Both the position numbers and the translations under genes were made by a program. Positions 39,263 through 52,612 of a stretch of 64,000 nucleotides of DNA are shown piece after piece. The stretch comes from Leucoraja ocellata (Eukaryota), in the NCBI GenBank assembly GCA_036785375.1, contig JAWMAR010000051.1:1364001-1428000 (forward strand). The letters are read 5' to 3'. Each line of letters opens with the position of its first letter. Position 1 is the first letter of the stretch. The notes below the pieces were generated by a model, which worked only from the letters and a program-made list of their open reading frames with translations, was not told the DNA's origin and did no database searches.

Positions 39263-39526
39263 ACAGAGACTTGGGTTTGATCCTGACTATGGGTGCTATC
39301 TGTAAAGAGACATACGATCTCCCTGTGGCCGCGTGGGTTTTCTCCGTGTCCGGTTTTCTCCCACATTCCAAAGACGCACAGGTTTGTGCGTTAATTGGTT
39401 TCTGTAAATTGTCATTATTGTGTAGGATAGAACTAGTGTACAGGTGATCGATAGTCGGTGTGGACTCGGTGTGCCAAAGGGCCTGCTTCCATGCTGTATC
39501 TCTAAACTAAGCTAAACTAAACTAAA
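39263..39526 (+). mobile_element. HE1/V-SINE-like SINE
   Basis: gggtttgatcctgactatgggtgc...; (ctaaa)n tail. Confidence 0.85.
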
Positions 39527-40358
39527 GTGCACAGGTGGTGTCACAGCTGTTCCATGCTTATTTATCATGAAGAGACCTGTGGTCAATGTCTCAGCTCCCA
39601 TAACAGGAGAAGCAGAATCTATCTGCAGTGTAAGTCTTCCCCCATAACCAGGGCACAGGGCTCAATGTGGTCTTAGGATGGGGGTGGGCAAGAAACAACA
39701 GTTCAGCATTCTAACCTCCAGAGATGGCAGAAAGGCTACTTTGGGGGAAAGACAATGTCTTTGTGGATCATGAATTAACTGTTCTCCAGTCGGGTGATGA
39801 CGTTTGTGATCCTAGAACTTCTCCAGAGTCTTGTTGCAGCCAGTTAACCAGACAGGCCAAATAGCTGCTGTCATGACATAAGGGGTGCCTACCTACAGGG
39901 CAGCTTGTGTGTCTTCCTCCAAATTCACCTGCCGTCTCTTTCTTTGTAAGCTTTGTGGCTTCCAGCTGTCACCTGCATATATTGGAGAGATTCTGCAATG
40001 AATTATCAAGCATTTCTTTCCAACCCAACTTTTCCATATGATGACTTTTAAGGCAATTAGTTGATATTTGTGTCAGTGTTGTTGAAATTGGACTTTTTAG
40101 AGATGATTTGGAATGTATATTTAGAATGGTTTTCTTTCAACGATGTCAAGCAGATGCTAAGATGATTGGTAATAGACAATGGTAAGATAGAAAGAATTGA
40201 ACTATTTTATTGAAATTGCACCTTGTTTAAAGAACACTTTGCACTTTGTTTGGGATGCCATCCCATCTTCCGCTTCATTACTCTGTGCAACTCTGATAAG
40301 TCCTCCAATAATTAAATAATATTTCCCTGTCACAAACCATCCTTTGGGTGTGTCAGCA

Positions 40359-40458
40359 AGTCTGAAGAAGGGTCCCAACTCGAAACATCACCCATCCTTT
40401 TTCACCAGAGATGCTGCCTGACCTGTTGAGCTACTCCAGCACTTTGTGTCTATCTTTA
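40359..40458 (+). mobile_element. Penelope-derived short unit (degenerate hammerhead-like core)
   Basis: agtctgaagaagggtcccaactcgaaacatcacccatcc...ctactccagcactttgtgtctatct. Confidence 0.8.
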
Positions 40459-42139
40459 CCACACTGCAATCATTGGGGATCCATTTAACTAGAACAAGTG
40501 GGGGTGCCTTTCTGCAACCAAATGAACACAAGGCTTTAGCTGTATAATTAGATCCAATCTGATCACATTCCTGCCTATATTGCACATCAGTTGCTGCTCG
40601 CATCAATAAATGTGGTCGGGATGGGAAGCAACAAAATGTGCACGCTGTGTTTAAATTTGAGCCTAAGCAGCACCTGTGATACCTGGACAACGGACGTTAC
40701 GGAGCCCAGTATTATGCCCTGCAACTGTTAAGTTATTTAGGATGATATGATTTGAACTGAATGCGAGTCCTATGTCAACGCAACTTAAGAGGCTTATTTC
40801 CCAAGCTGTTCTTTATTAGCTGAAATTATTGTCCACCAATGTGCACGTTACAGCTACACAGCATGCCACTGCCAGAGAAGAAATAAACAGCAGAAATTGC
40901 GGAAGCATCTCAAATAGCAGGGCATGGAGTTCAAATGCAAAAATATTGGCAACTCGTTTTTGCAATACCTCCTACTGCAATAGAGGCATTTATTCAGGTA
41001 CCCAATTACAGTAATGTGGTATGCAGTATGTACTGTAGATAGGTGTTTCTGCAGCATGCCAGAAGAAACAATTGTAATCCTTTAAATGCACTTAGGAAAT
41101 TGATGTTACAGCCTACAATCTGTTGCCGGACTTGCTTCCTGGCTGATTGCAAGCATTTCTATCTTAATTGGATCACTGGAATGTGATCTGTATTTTGGTT
41201 TTAAGATTATGTAAGACTGTGACTTTGTTGTGACAGCCTAAAACAGCTGCTGAATTGATGGATATTCTGACCCTTAATGTAGATAAGTGGTATTTGCAAA
41301 TCTGTCCACATAGATCCTTGGAAAAACTGCTTAAAAAAGACAGTGTCCATCTTATGTAGGACCTTTAACTTAATTTTCATTTCTTTAATTTAATACCATT
41401 GCTACGCAGAACTGCCATCGATCAGCCCAACAGATTCTGAGATGAATTGTTTATTAATCCATTTTTAAATTGTACTGAAAGTGGATTTATAGCAATGACA
41501 TTTTTATGGTATCGTATGTGGTATTTGGTTTAGTTTATAAGCTATATTGATTTTCTTACATCATCAGGCCCAAAAGTACAACATATGTCCAGCTATTATT
41601 AATATCACCCCCACAGCATAACTAGTCATGAAGTATACGATCGGTGTCAGACTTAGATTTGTTTTTCATGTCATATGCAGTTTTGTTAGGGCTGGATATT
41701 AACCTTGCCTATTGTCATGTTTGAACAGAGCAATGTTCCAGTGTCTGAAACAAAACTCACTGCTTGTTAATAGAATTTTGAAGAACTAAGGAGAAAACAT
41801 CACTGCTGGAATTGTAAATGTGAAAAAGTTCATTTAACAGCTAGTTTCATTATGAAATACCAAGAATGAACATGCATGTGTCATGCTTATTTGAACTATT
41901 ACAGCCATGGGTCGGAGAAGATGAACAGAACTGATAGGTTTACTCCTTAAGAGCTGGCATAGCCCCGATGGGCTAAATTGCCCTTTTCTCTGCCTTAACA
42001 ATCCTATATTTCTGTGAATAAAAATTACTCAACAATATAATTTAGTGTCGCACAAATCTGAAAAACTTTGAAGAGAAGGAGTAGCAATGAGATTGTACTC
42101 AAAACTGAAAGGAATGTTTTTTTTGTATTTTCCATTCAG

Positions 42140-42175
42140 GCAGTCTTTGGCAACAGGTCCACATAAGAGTACCAG
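42140..42175 (+). other. Candidate 36-nt frame-preserving cassette exon
   Basis: Acceptor ttttttttgtattttccattcag, donor CAG|gtactt; open in two frames (QSLATGPHKST or SLWQQVHIRVP). No homologue recognised. Confidence 0.25.
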
Positions 42176-43578
42176 GTACTTTATTATTTTAAGGCCACTT
42201 TAAAATTAATAGACGGCACATTGGACACACTGCAACAATCAATTTAACTGTAGACTTAATCTAAGATGCATAATTGTTATCAGGTTCCAATCCGTTATAA
42301 AATGTATTCCATTAAAAATATTGATATGATTTGACTCCTTACCCTTGAAATTAGGCACTGTTATAAAAATGTGATAAAATAATCTGGGGAGCCAGGTGGT
42401 GATAGTTGACTGAACTTTTTCAACGCCAGCTTGTTGTATATACAGTGCACCAACATCAAGGGCAATGCACATTGAGTCACATGAGGTTGCAAAAGGTGTG
42501 CTAAGAATGCCTTTGATAGTGTCCAAATGATAGACGTGGACCTCATTTACTACCTTCCCTTCATCCTGCCCCAGGTCTAGCAAAGACTGCATTATTAAGA
42601 GCATAAGTGCAGAATGGTCAAAAGGTAGAAACAGAAGAAAAAGGCAACTTGCTATCAGATAGTCAAAGGATGGTGTAATTTAATGTTATTTGAAATATAG
42701 CTGGAGAAAGAGGAGACCAATTCTGCCCAAACATTAGAAAATAAATCCAGCAAAAGCTATGTGAAGCTCAGCTGCTGATTTGTAACAGCAAATATCTTGG
42801 ATAGTTGAGTTTTGTTTGTGAGGTATTTTAGTCCATCAACAGACTCGGTAAAATGGATATTCCTGGTGTGATCCATATGTAACTTGGTGTCTGAAGGCCT
42901 TATCTTTAAGATTTTAGACCACCCTTCTTAATGGGTTCCCCTTATGGCAAATGTGATAACAGGGCAGGATGAATGGGTTGCCCTTGGGTTTACAAATCAC
43001 CTCACTTTTTTTATTTAGAAGGATGTGCAAGCTCTTGATTGTGTTACAGAGAGTAATCACCTGTTTCTTCTTGTAGTAAATATATAGTTTTCTGGTTTTA
43101 AGTCTTGTATCTTATCAATTACTTAAACAATAAAAGTTCTCCTTTTCTTTTTTTGGTTCATATGAGGATTTTACTAATATTCCCGGTCTTACAATTTTTC
43201 CATGTTTTCACTCTAAAGCAGTTTTATTGTTTTTTTGTAGATTAATTAGTTAAATAATATAAATATAGTTAGTCTATCAATTAATTAATGCTAAATCAAT
43301 TAATTTGCCTGCCATCAAACTAACAGGTAGTCACTAGGTACCGGTGTTTAAATACTTTTTTTTAACAGAAAGGGCATTCACATTTTGATAAAATGCAGAT
43401 CATATTAGGTTTAAATCAGTTTGTTATCAATTAAATGCGACCTTATTCTCTGGTGAGTAAGGTACCATTCATTCACCTGTAATGTTAACAACTAAATGAT
43501 CAATAATCCATTGGATATGTCAGAATTGCCACACGTGGGACAAATCTCATATATCCCTGTACCATCTGAAAATGGGCT

Positions 43579-43825
43579 TTGTCCCACCCCGTCTCTTTTC
43601 CAGTTTTCTCCCTCCCTTCCACAATCAGTCTGAAGAAGGGCCATGACCCGAAGCATCACCTATCCATGTCCTCCAGCGATCGGTCTGAAGAAGGGTCTCA
43701 ACCCTTCACCCATTCCTTTTCTCCAGAGATGCTGCCTGGCCCACTGAGTTACTCCAGCATTTTGTGTCTATCCTCCAGAGATACTGCCTGACTTGCTGAG
43801 TCACCCCAGCAGTTTGTGCTTTGAT
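43579..43825 (+). mobile_element. Penelope-derived unit with a second copy (43681-43770) nested inside it
   Basis: Two ctgaagaaggg cores. tcctccag(c/a)gat is duplicated at 43669-43680 and 43771-43782. Confidence 0.8.
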
Positions 43826-44723
43826 CTGAATCCAGTAGCAAGCTTTACCTCCTTTCTAGATTATATACAAACATTTTTAATGAGGTAAAGTGTTAAAGGT
43901 GTGGAACTAAAAGTGAGTTGTTTTTCTTTACCATTAGGCCTACAGAGTAGAAGCTTCAGAACGTGAGTGAAGCTATTGCTAACACAAGGCAGGGTCGCCA
44001 TTTTCCTGCGGGAGGAGAATCCCTGATTTCTTTGAAACATTATAAATCGCACTAAATAATTACATAATTATTTTATGGTCATTCTAGATGAAAAATATGT
44101 AAATTTCCTTGTCATGGTCTGCTACAGAAATAAATCTTTGAACTTATTAACTTATACTATGATATGAGGAACATGACTGATCTCACCAACTAAATTTATG
44201 TAGAAAAATGATTCTACTAAAATGATTGTGCTAAGTAGTTTAAATTGCACTAATAAACTATTAACCAGATAATTCAGAGAGGATTTTTTTCCTTAAATGT
44301 GTAATAGCATGTAATACATTTTCATTTTTCAAATTTGGTTTTCTGTTTTTATTTTCAAATTAATTTGGGATGAATAAGGCAATGGCATTACCATTATTGG
44401 TTTATTTAATTATTTCAGCACAGTAATTTGTTTGAGTTAAGAATGTAAATAAATTTATGTAACATTTAAAGATGTAATGATTGCAGCTTTTTTTAGATGG
44501 ATGAAACTATAATATATTTTATGCCCAATGTTTTCTTTGGAAATTGCAAATATAAAGTATTCTGTTGCAGACATCAATCTATTAAAACAAAATACTGACT
44601 GGCATTTTATAATCTTAGAAAATTTAAAGTAAAGAAGACGGCCATTTAATCCATCTCCATGCTACTCTAAAAATAATTCCACTGACTAATCCCACCGTCC
44701 AGCAATAACAAAGCAGATCTCAG

Positions 44724-45110
44724 CTCACACCTCCGCTCAGTCCGTCTTAACATATCCGGTGGCCCAGCACTTCGACTACCCCTCACATTCCCAATCTGAC
44801 CTTTCTGTCCTGGGCCTCTTCCACTGTCAGAGTGAGGCCCAGAGCAAATTGGAGGAACAGCACCTCATATTTCGCTTGGGTAGTTTACACCCCAGTGGTA
44901 TGAACATTGGCTTCTCTAACTTCAGATAGCCCTTGCTTTCTCTCTCCTTCCCCTTCCCAGTTCTCCCATTAGTCTTACTGTCTCTGCCCACAGTCTATCT
45001 TTGTCCTGCCCCCTCCCCTGACATTAGTCTGAAGAAGGGTCTCGACCCGAAACGTCGCCCATTCCTTCTCTCCATAGATGCTGTCTCACCCACTGAGTTA
45101 CTCTAGCATG
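44724..45110 (+). mobile_element. Penelope-like element 3' end: GIY-YIG endonuclease C-terminus, 3' UTR and hammerhead-like motif
   Basis: PVAQHFDYPSHSQSDLSVLGLFHCQSEAQSKLEEQHLIFRLGSLHPSGMNIGFSNFR* (stop 44927-44929) fits the PLE GIY-YIG C-terminal pattern VAxHF...E...I..L....P.G.N; it is followed by the core at 45029-45056. Confidence 0.85.
45029..45056 (+). ncRNA. Minimal type-I hammerhead-ribozyme-like core
   Basis: CUGAAGA, an extra A, stem II GGGU/ACCC with a CUCG loop, GAAA, palindromic ACGU, and a GUC triplet. Stem I pairing is weak (about 2 bp), so activity is uncertain. Confidence 0.6.
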
Positions 45111-47270
45111 TAGTTGGAGGTTTCTGTCTATCTCTATTTCAGGCAGTGAGTTCCAGATTCCAATCTCCATTGCTACCCGAGTGGAAATATTTTCCCTCAT
45201 CTCCTTTCTCATTCTTTCATCGCTTAATTGAAATCTATGCCCCCTTTTTGACCACCCTGCTAAGATAAACATTTCCTCCTCATTCATTCTATCCAGTGCT
45301 GCTTTAATTGTAACCACCCCAAATTAGCCTTCTCTGGTCCACATAAGACGCCCTAGCTTATCATAACTTTCCTCAGAACTCATTTTTTTCGGTGCTGGCA
45401 ACATCCTTATAAATCTCATCAGCATTCTCTCCAATGTAATCATATATTTCCTGTAGTGTAGGGATCAGACCCGTTCATATTACTCAAGTTGCGCTCTGAT
45501 TAGAATTATGTGCCACACTGGCATGATCAAACTGCTCAAACATTCTATTCCTCAGAATTTCATTTGCTTTCTAATCACCTTCTTGACCTTATCACTTTCA
45601 TTTTTAAAGATCTTTGGATGAACACTTTTCTAGATCACTCAATATCCTCCTTATTTATTCTTTCACATCACCACATACCTACACTACCTTACACTACTCT
45701 GAGTTAAATTATATATTGACATTTTTCTATCCAAATGACTGTACATTTTTGCCATCTGTCATTATCATTTTCAATCTTAGAGACAATTTCTGTATCTTCT
45801 GCAATCTTCATTATCATTGCTCCTATATTTAGGTCCAAATCATTAACAGATATGGTAAAAAGCAAGGAACTGAGTACTGAGCATAGTTATCAAAGGAATG
45901 CAAGTCCAAATCCTTTGGTTAAACATACTCTGGGAAGAATGTTGCTTCTCTGGAGTTGTTTTAGACCTTGTAGATTAAAGTTGCTGCAAGAAGGTAACTA
46001 TTTTCTCTTAGATTTGCGAAATCACTTTCACCATTGACAATCTCCTTTGTCTCTCTACCACTCAAAGTATTCCAACCCTATGCCAATTCTCACGTGGCAT
46101 AATAGTTTCTGTTTTGCTGGTGCCTTGTCAAGTTTGATTCAGCAACACAAGAGCTTTAAATTAGTAGGGACGTTACCATGCAGGGTTCCTGTGCTGCCAC
46201 AGATAGCTGTAGATCTGTTGAACCACTCGACGTACACATTGATGATTACACTGAAAGAATAAGAAATTGCTAACGGCTGACACCTTTATTCATTCAGGTT
46301 CGCCCAGCTAAAAACAAGGGAAATTCCTTTCCTTTTTTGCTGCCTTATTGCTTGTCTTATTGTGTTGCTGCCAGCTTCCTGCCATGTGATTACAGCTTGG
46401 CTGTGGTGGGTAGTTCCTTTCAATTTTGATTCAAATGGCTTTTACAAGCGTGCCACTAATTTCAATACTTGCACCACTGTTTTCAGGAGACAGACCATTT
46501 ATCAAGGCTATTATTGTGATTTTTAAACTGGTGGGGAAAATGCACATTTCATTGGAAAAGATGTAAAATTGTTCTTAAGTTAAGTATAGGAAAATTCATT
46601 GCAATCAAAGGTGGTCATTAAAAAAAAAAAATCTTGCTGACAAAAGTCTACAATCAATATAATTCATAAATATGCACTATATCAGTCACATGTACAATTG
46701 GACAAACTTCAGTAGCCAAAGCCAAAGAAAGATAATAGTCAGCAAAATGTTGATTTTATTTGGCAGATTTATTTGAAATTTGGTTTTTCAGAAAGCCACT
46801 AGCCAATAATGTATCTGCAGTTCATCTCGGCAACATTTGTTTTGTATTAAGAGTATATAGTAAGTTATTTAAAATGACCTCCTTTCCTCATTGGCAAACT
46901 ATACTTCAACCAGCAATACAAGGATACAAGAATATATTAGAAACAAGAATATGTTTTTGTAGACAAATCAGCCGCCTGGTTTGCGAGTCAGTTTTATTAG
47001 AGACTCGTCTCTCTAGCAGTTAGTAAACTTCAATATTGTTTCTTGAATCAAATCCGGTTTATTTACATCTAACTCTCACTTGGCTGCTGTTGTGGATCGG
47101 CAGGAAAGCAAACCACAACAGAAAACAATCTCAATCTCAAGGCTAGTTATTAATTTGACTAGTATGCTTTGAAGGAAGATACAGGTTGAATTGAAGTCAA
47201 ACCTACAGTGTAGTTAACAATAGTCATCTGACTATATACACTGACTCGCCTCAACTCTTTGAACACCGCC

Positions 47271-47576
47271 GGGCAGTACAGCGGTAGAGTTGCTGCCTTA
47301 CAACGCTTGCAGCGCCAGAGATACAGGTTCGATCCCCACTACGGGTGCTGTCTGTATGGAGTTTGTACATTCTCCCCGTGACCGAGTGGGTTTTCTCCGA
47401 GATCGATTTCCTCCCACACTCCAAAACCATGCAGGTTTGCAGATTAATTGGCTTGGGTTTGTATACTTGGTGTAAGTGTAAATTGTCCCTAGTAGTACGA
47501 TGAGCGGGGATTGCTGGTCGGCACGGACTCAGTGGGCCTAAAGGCCTGTTTCTGTGCCTAGACTAAATAAACTAAA
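47271..47576 (+). mobile_element. HE1/V-SINE-like SINE
   Basis: cagcggtagagttgctgcctta...ggttcgatccc...tggagtttgtacattctccccgtgacc. Confidence 0.9.
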
Positions 47577-48507
47577 CGTGTCACTTTTGAGCTGCATTGG
47601 ACAAACTATTTAGTCAATAAATATATTTGATAGTTTATAAAACTAGCAGGCAGATTTTCTTCATTTGATTTTGAACTGAACAGTTATTTTAATGTACAAT
47701 TTTATCCCAGATTTTAGGTAATTGGATTAATCACTGAGGAAGTTATTTTCTTGAGAGCTTGGGATAAAATTGGCTCCAAGTCATTTTAGAGCTATTGACA
47801 GTACAACACTGTTCAGCCAAATGGAGTTGTTCTTGGAACATAGTAAGTGGGTCTTTGTTTTTTTACGCTTGCTCTAGAATTGTAGGAGCCAAGTGAGGTG
47901 TTATAAGCTACAAAGTTCCAGCATGGAAGTAATAAGTAAGATTACGTCCTAGTGTTAAGAATTGTCACCGTAACAGCGCATGTAGAATGGTGGATCTGGA
48001 ACTCCGATTGACCAAGAAAAGAAGCACAGACGAACTGGCAACGTGCTCTTTGCTGTCGTTCAATATATTAGAAACCTGCACCTGCAGGACTTGTAATCTT
48101 CCACCGACATCACCAGTTCACCATGACTGCATTTTAGTATGCCCTTGAATTAGTTGGAATTTCTCCAAAACGTTTAGTGTTAGCACCACTTACTTCCTAA
48201 AGGGTGATTATCAGAAGGAAAATTATCGAGCATCCTGACAAGTCATTTCATCTCCACTGCTTGTCCTCTGATTTTACTTTCATTCACATATATCCCGTGA
48301 TTCCGACATTAATTTATGCTGTCGTCAGTTGGTTTGTGTTTTTCTATCTTGCTCAATCTAAGTTCTAGATCTGCCATCCTAGATAATCTGTAATGTAGAT
48401 TCTCATTTCATTGAAATTAATTCTTAATAAACAACAAAATGATCAATTCTTAGTTATTATTTTGTATGCTAGAAATTAGTAGCTCCTAATTCTTGCTTGG
48501 CAATACT

Positions 48508-48680
48508 GCTGTAATTTCTACATAGTGAAACCAAAATGTATAAAAATGGCCTTTATTTAAAATCTAACAATGTGCAATTTAACCACATGTGATTATTTCT
48601 ATTACAAATCTCAAATTGTGGAGTACAGAGGCAAATAAATAAATGATGGGTCTGTGTCCCAAACATTATGGAGGGCACTG
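48508..48680 (+). mobile_element. Orphan Tc1 terminal inverted repeat
   Basis: Near-identical to 54032-54203; ends cccaaacattatggagggcactg followed by TA. Confidence 0.9.
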
Positions 48681-49049
48681 TATGATTGTGGCATTCAAGA
48701 GGTTTTTAAATAGGCACATGTATGTGTAGGAAATGGGGGGGATATGGATCATGCCCAGGCAGAGGAGATTAGCTTAACTGACATCATGTTCGGCACAAAC
48801 TATGTTGGCTGAAGGGCCTGATCCTGTGCTGTCCCTTGTTCTTTAAGGCATAACTTGGGAAATTATGAACTTGTTGGTGTCCAGTTACATTTTTTAATAG
48901 AAGACGTGTTTACATAAAAGCCATAACAATCCTTTGAGATCATCAATGTTTTTTTCTTCAATTTGCCTTGCAAAAGGTATTTTGAAAAATATTTTGTTCT
49001 GTTCTTGTAGGAAGTTTGAGGTCTTATCAAATTAGAAGCATACTGTAAA

Positions 49050-49720
49050 TGGCTCAACAATGAGGATAAGTTTTGCTATTAGAGAGGGTGCAGAAAAGAT
49101 TCACAAAGATGTTACCAAAATGTGAGTGCTTGAGTTGTAAGGAGAGACAAGATAGGTCGGGACTCTTTTTTCTAGAGACCATGGGGCTGAGGGGTGACCT
49201 TATAGAGCTGTATAAAATAAAGTCATGATGGATTGTCACAGTCCTCTTTCTCAGGCAAGGAAGTCTAAAACTAGAGAACATATGTTTAATGTGAGAGGGA
49301 AAATATTTAAAGGAAATCTTACAGGCTAGTTTTTCATGCAGAGAGTAGTTTGTATATGGAATGAGCTCGTCAGAAGAAGTGTTAGAGAAGCAGTTGCGAT
49401 CACAACGTTTTAAAACATTTTAAGGCATATGGATAGAAGGGATCAAGTGCTAGAGTAACACAATAGGTCAGGCAGCATCTGTGGGGAGAGTTAGAGAGAG
49501 ATAGTTAGAAAGAGAGAGTTAGATAGAGAGAGAGTTAGAGTTAGAGAGAGAGAGTTAGAGGAACCCCTGTAGGATGACATTTTGGATCGGGACCTTTCTT
49601 CAGATTTTGAGCGATATGGGCCAAATGCAAGTAGATGGGACTCACTCAGGGAGTTACGTTGGTCAACAAGGATGAGCTAAACTGTGGGGGCTATTTCCAT
49701 TCTGTGTACCTATATGACTC
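49050..49720 (+). mobile_element. Decayed CR1 3' fragment containing an antisense Penelope-derived unit (~49447-49605)
   Basis: agagagggtgcagaaaagattcacaaagatgttacc (ERVQKRFTKMLP). The insert reads ggtcaggcagcatctgtgg...gggacctttcttcaga. Confidence 0.75.
49485..49560. repeat. AG-rich compound microsatellite (gagagtta)n
   Basis: Seen directly; it expanded within the Penelope-derived unit. Confidence 0.9.
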
Positions 49721-50375
49721 TGATGCTTAGTTCTTGAACACTGAAAATATTCAACTCAATACCTCATGAAGAGTTTATGTGCAAATTTCTAAATTTCCTT
49801 TTGAAACAAAACATTTGACAGCAAAGACTGGTGTAAATGCAACTCTCGTTCTATATTAGTGATAAAGGCTACAGCTGGTAAATATGGTTTTAAAATAAAT
49901 CAAGATTGAGATTTAAGTAAATATGGTTTCAAAATTACTTATTAGAGGGGAGTGAAAGGAAATGTCTCATTTCAGATTGATTTATGGAAGTTTTCAGAAA
50001 GGTACTGGATAGATTTTTGTTGCAGATAAATTGCCAATTTCTAGACAAGATAGTGGTGTAACAGAGTATAGTCTTCCACATGAACTAATTGGAGGACAAG
50101 AATGAATTGCTACATGAGCTGAATCAATAAACTGACTATGAACTGAATGATTATTTCTGGTTATGAAGATTTATGTACCATAAAGCTCCCCAATGCTAAC
50201 AGCTGCGTAGTTATCGCAGAATACATTGCATCTCAACTTCTCACCTGAAAACAAATTAGACTTGTTTCTGCGATATTGCTTGCATTGTTTGGTTATCACC
50301 GCACTGCACAGAATTCTGTGTTTTACATTCTTCCTTCAACACAGTCCCCTCGTTATTGGTCATCTCAAATATTAA

Positions 50376-50669
50376 ACCAGAAATACAGCGCAGAAACAGG
50401 TCCCTCAGCCCACCGAGTCCGTGCCGACCAGTGATCACCCTGCACACTAGCACTATCCTACGCACTAGGGACAATTTACAAATGTTATCAAAGCCAATTA
50501 ACCTACAAGCATGTACTTCTCTTGAGTGTGAGAGGAAACCGGGGCATCCGGGGAAATCACAGGCAGTCACAGAGGGAACATACAAACTCCGTACAGCCAG
50601 CACCCATAGTCAGGATCAGAACTCTGGCACTGTATAGCAGAAACTCTACCGCTGCGGCACTGTGCCACC
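50376..50669 (-). mobile_element. HE1/V-SINE-like SINE
   Basis: atacagcgcagaaacagg...acaaactccgtacagccagcacc...aactctaccgctgcggcactgtgcc. Confidence 0.9.
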
Positions 50670-52612
50670 CCCATTGTAGGGGCTATATTACAGAAACGTT
50701 TATTCACAGGCAAAGCAAGTGAACAGCTTTAGACTGATGATTCTCACCAGATTTCCTCACATGGCTAGAGAATCCTAATTGAGAATAAATATTGCAATAC
50801 GTTTTTTAACTTACCTGTCCCTATACTATCATCTTAAGTACATCGTCATTGTAGCATCGATCCAGTGTAATAATCATAAACATTTTAGATGTTACTGGCA
50901 TCCATCTCTGTGGCATCTTCCAGTCCGACAAATCTCTTCTCCTTAAATTTTGCTTTCTCATGTATTTGTGTTTAATTGCTCCACTATGGGCAGCAGAGCT
51001 ATTTGCTGTCAAGACCCTAATTTAGGAATTGCCTCCCAGAGAATCAGTGGTTCTGCCTTTTAAAAGTACAACCTTATTAACCAAGCTTTTGATCATCAGT
51101 CCTAACATCAATTTTATGGCTTGATGTTCAATTTTGTCATAATTTTCCTATGGGGCATTTTGGGACATTTAACTGTGTTGAAGATGCTATGTAAATAACG
51201 CATACACCATTGGCAAGAGTATGTGTTTTACTGTATACTTACTTGTAAAGACCATATCCTCTCCCACTAATTCAATGTTCTTATTATTTTGAGTGAGAAC
51301 TATGGAAAGGAAATTCAGTACATGATAGGGTTAAATTAATTCAGATTAATGCCCTAGCTACCAGCCACATTTATTGCAGTTGTTGTGGTTCAAGGGCTGA
51401 CTAAAGCAGTTGTTGAACAGTTGTTTTTCACTCTAGAGCTTTCCCACTGTCTTTAATTTGTTAAAATCATCAAGAGCTGGCTGTTTGTGGTTCTCCTCAT
51501 AAATTCTGTACATCCTCTTGTTAGCAAAGTGTTGTGTACACTAAATACAAAAGTGCCTTGTGTCTTGGGCATAAATTACCTCTGTGCGTTACTGTCTCTG
51601 AATGGGCTCCCCAGTTATGGATTACTTTGTTCTAGACTTGACAGGAACATAATTAGAGCTGTTGATGAAATCTACAAAATTGTTCCTCAGCGGCTTCAAT
51701 GGTTCAGAAATTCAGCACAGCTATATTTGTCAGCACCAAAGGGCTCTAAACAATTTATATTAACTATATTATTATGTACGAGTCATTATTCTTGGCTAAT
51801 ATTCTTTGCATTTTCTTGCCAGCGCACTTGATCTATTTGTTCACATGTAGTTTTTCAGTTTGTAATTTTTATCATGTAGACGAGGGCTATGCAGATGGAT
51901 CGATAATGCTGATGGTTCATTTGTCTAAGTGATGCATTTTCTTCGGATATCTCTCAGGCATGCATTCTTGTTTTCTTTTGTTTCAGTCATTATAGAATTA
52001 GCATTTTTTCTTTAGCAGATAAAGATTTCCCTGATCAAACCCACTTTTGAATTCATACTGTCACAATAGAAACAGCAATATAATAGAAATCCATTTTTCA
52101 AAAGGCATATAATCCTCAAGCCTTTCAGAACGGAATTGCTCATGGACAGCATCTATCTTGTAATGTACAGTTTGAAACACTTTTTTAAAATAAATATCTT
52201 AACGTATGTAGAACAGGAAGGGATTATCTAAATTACTGGCCAATGCTCTGCTTATTAATCTCAAGTGGCTATGTAACATGGTGCTTCCGAAACAGTAAGA
52301 TCTGCAGTGCCTACTGGGTGCTAGGGTTGCATGTGCCCACTTTGACGTTTGAATTTTTTGTTGGGTGCTTATAAATTCTTGGATGCAATCAGTGGTTGCC
52401 ATTTCAGTGGGGGGAAGGTAAAGAAGTTCTGGTATGTTCCATTAATTTGTTTGAACGTGGCAGAGCTAAAATGGCCTTCATTGAAATATGCAGAGACAGC
52501 TGAGCTGTGGATCAAAGAGGCTTGGGCACAATTTGGTATGCAGCAAAATGAATTTTGTTACTGCCCTGCATTTAAATGAGCTTCACCGCACAAATGGATG
52601 TTTCCCAATGTA

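Noticed and set aside
50810-50950. Strong minus-strand donor (CAG|GTAAGT)
   Set aside because: All three frames contain stops just upstream, and there is no convincing acceptor.
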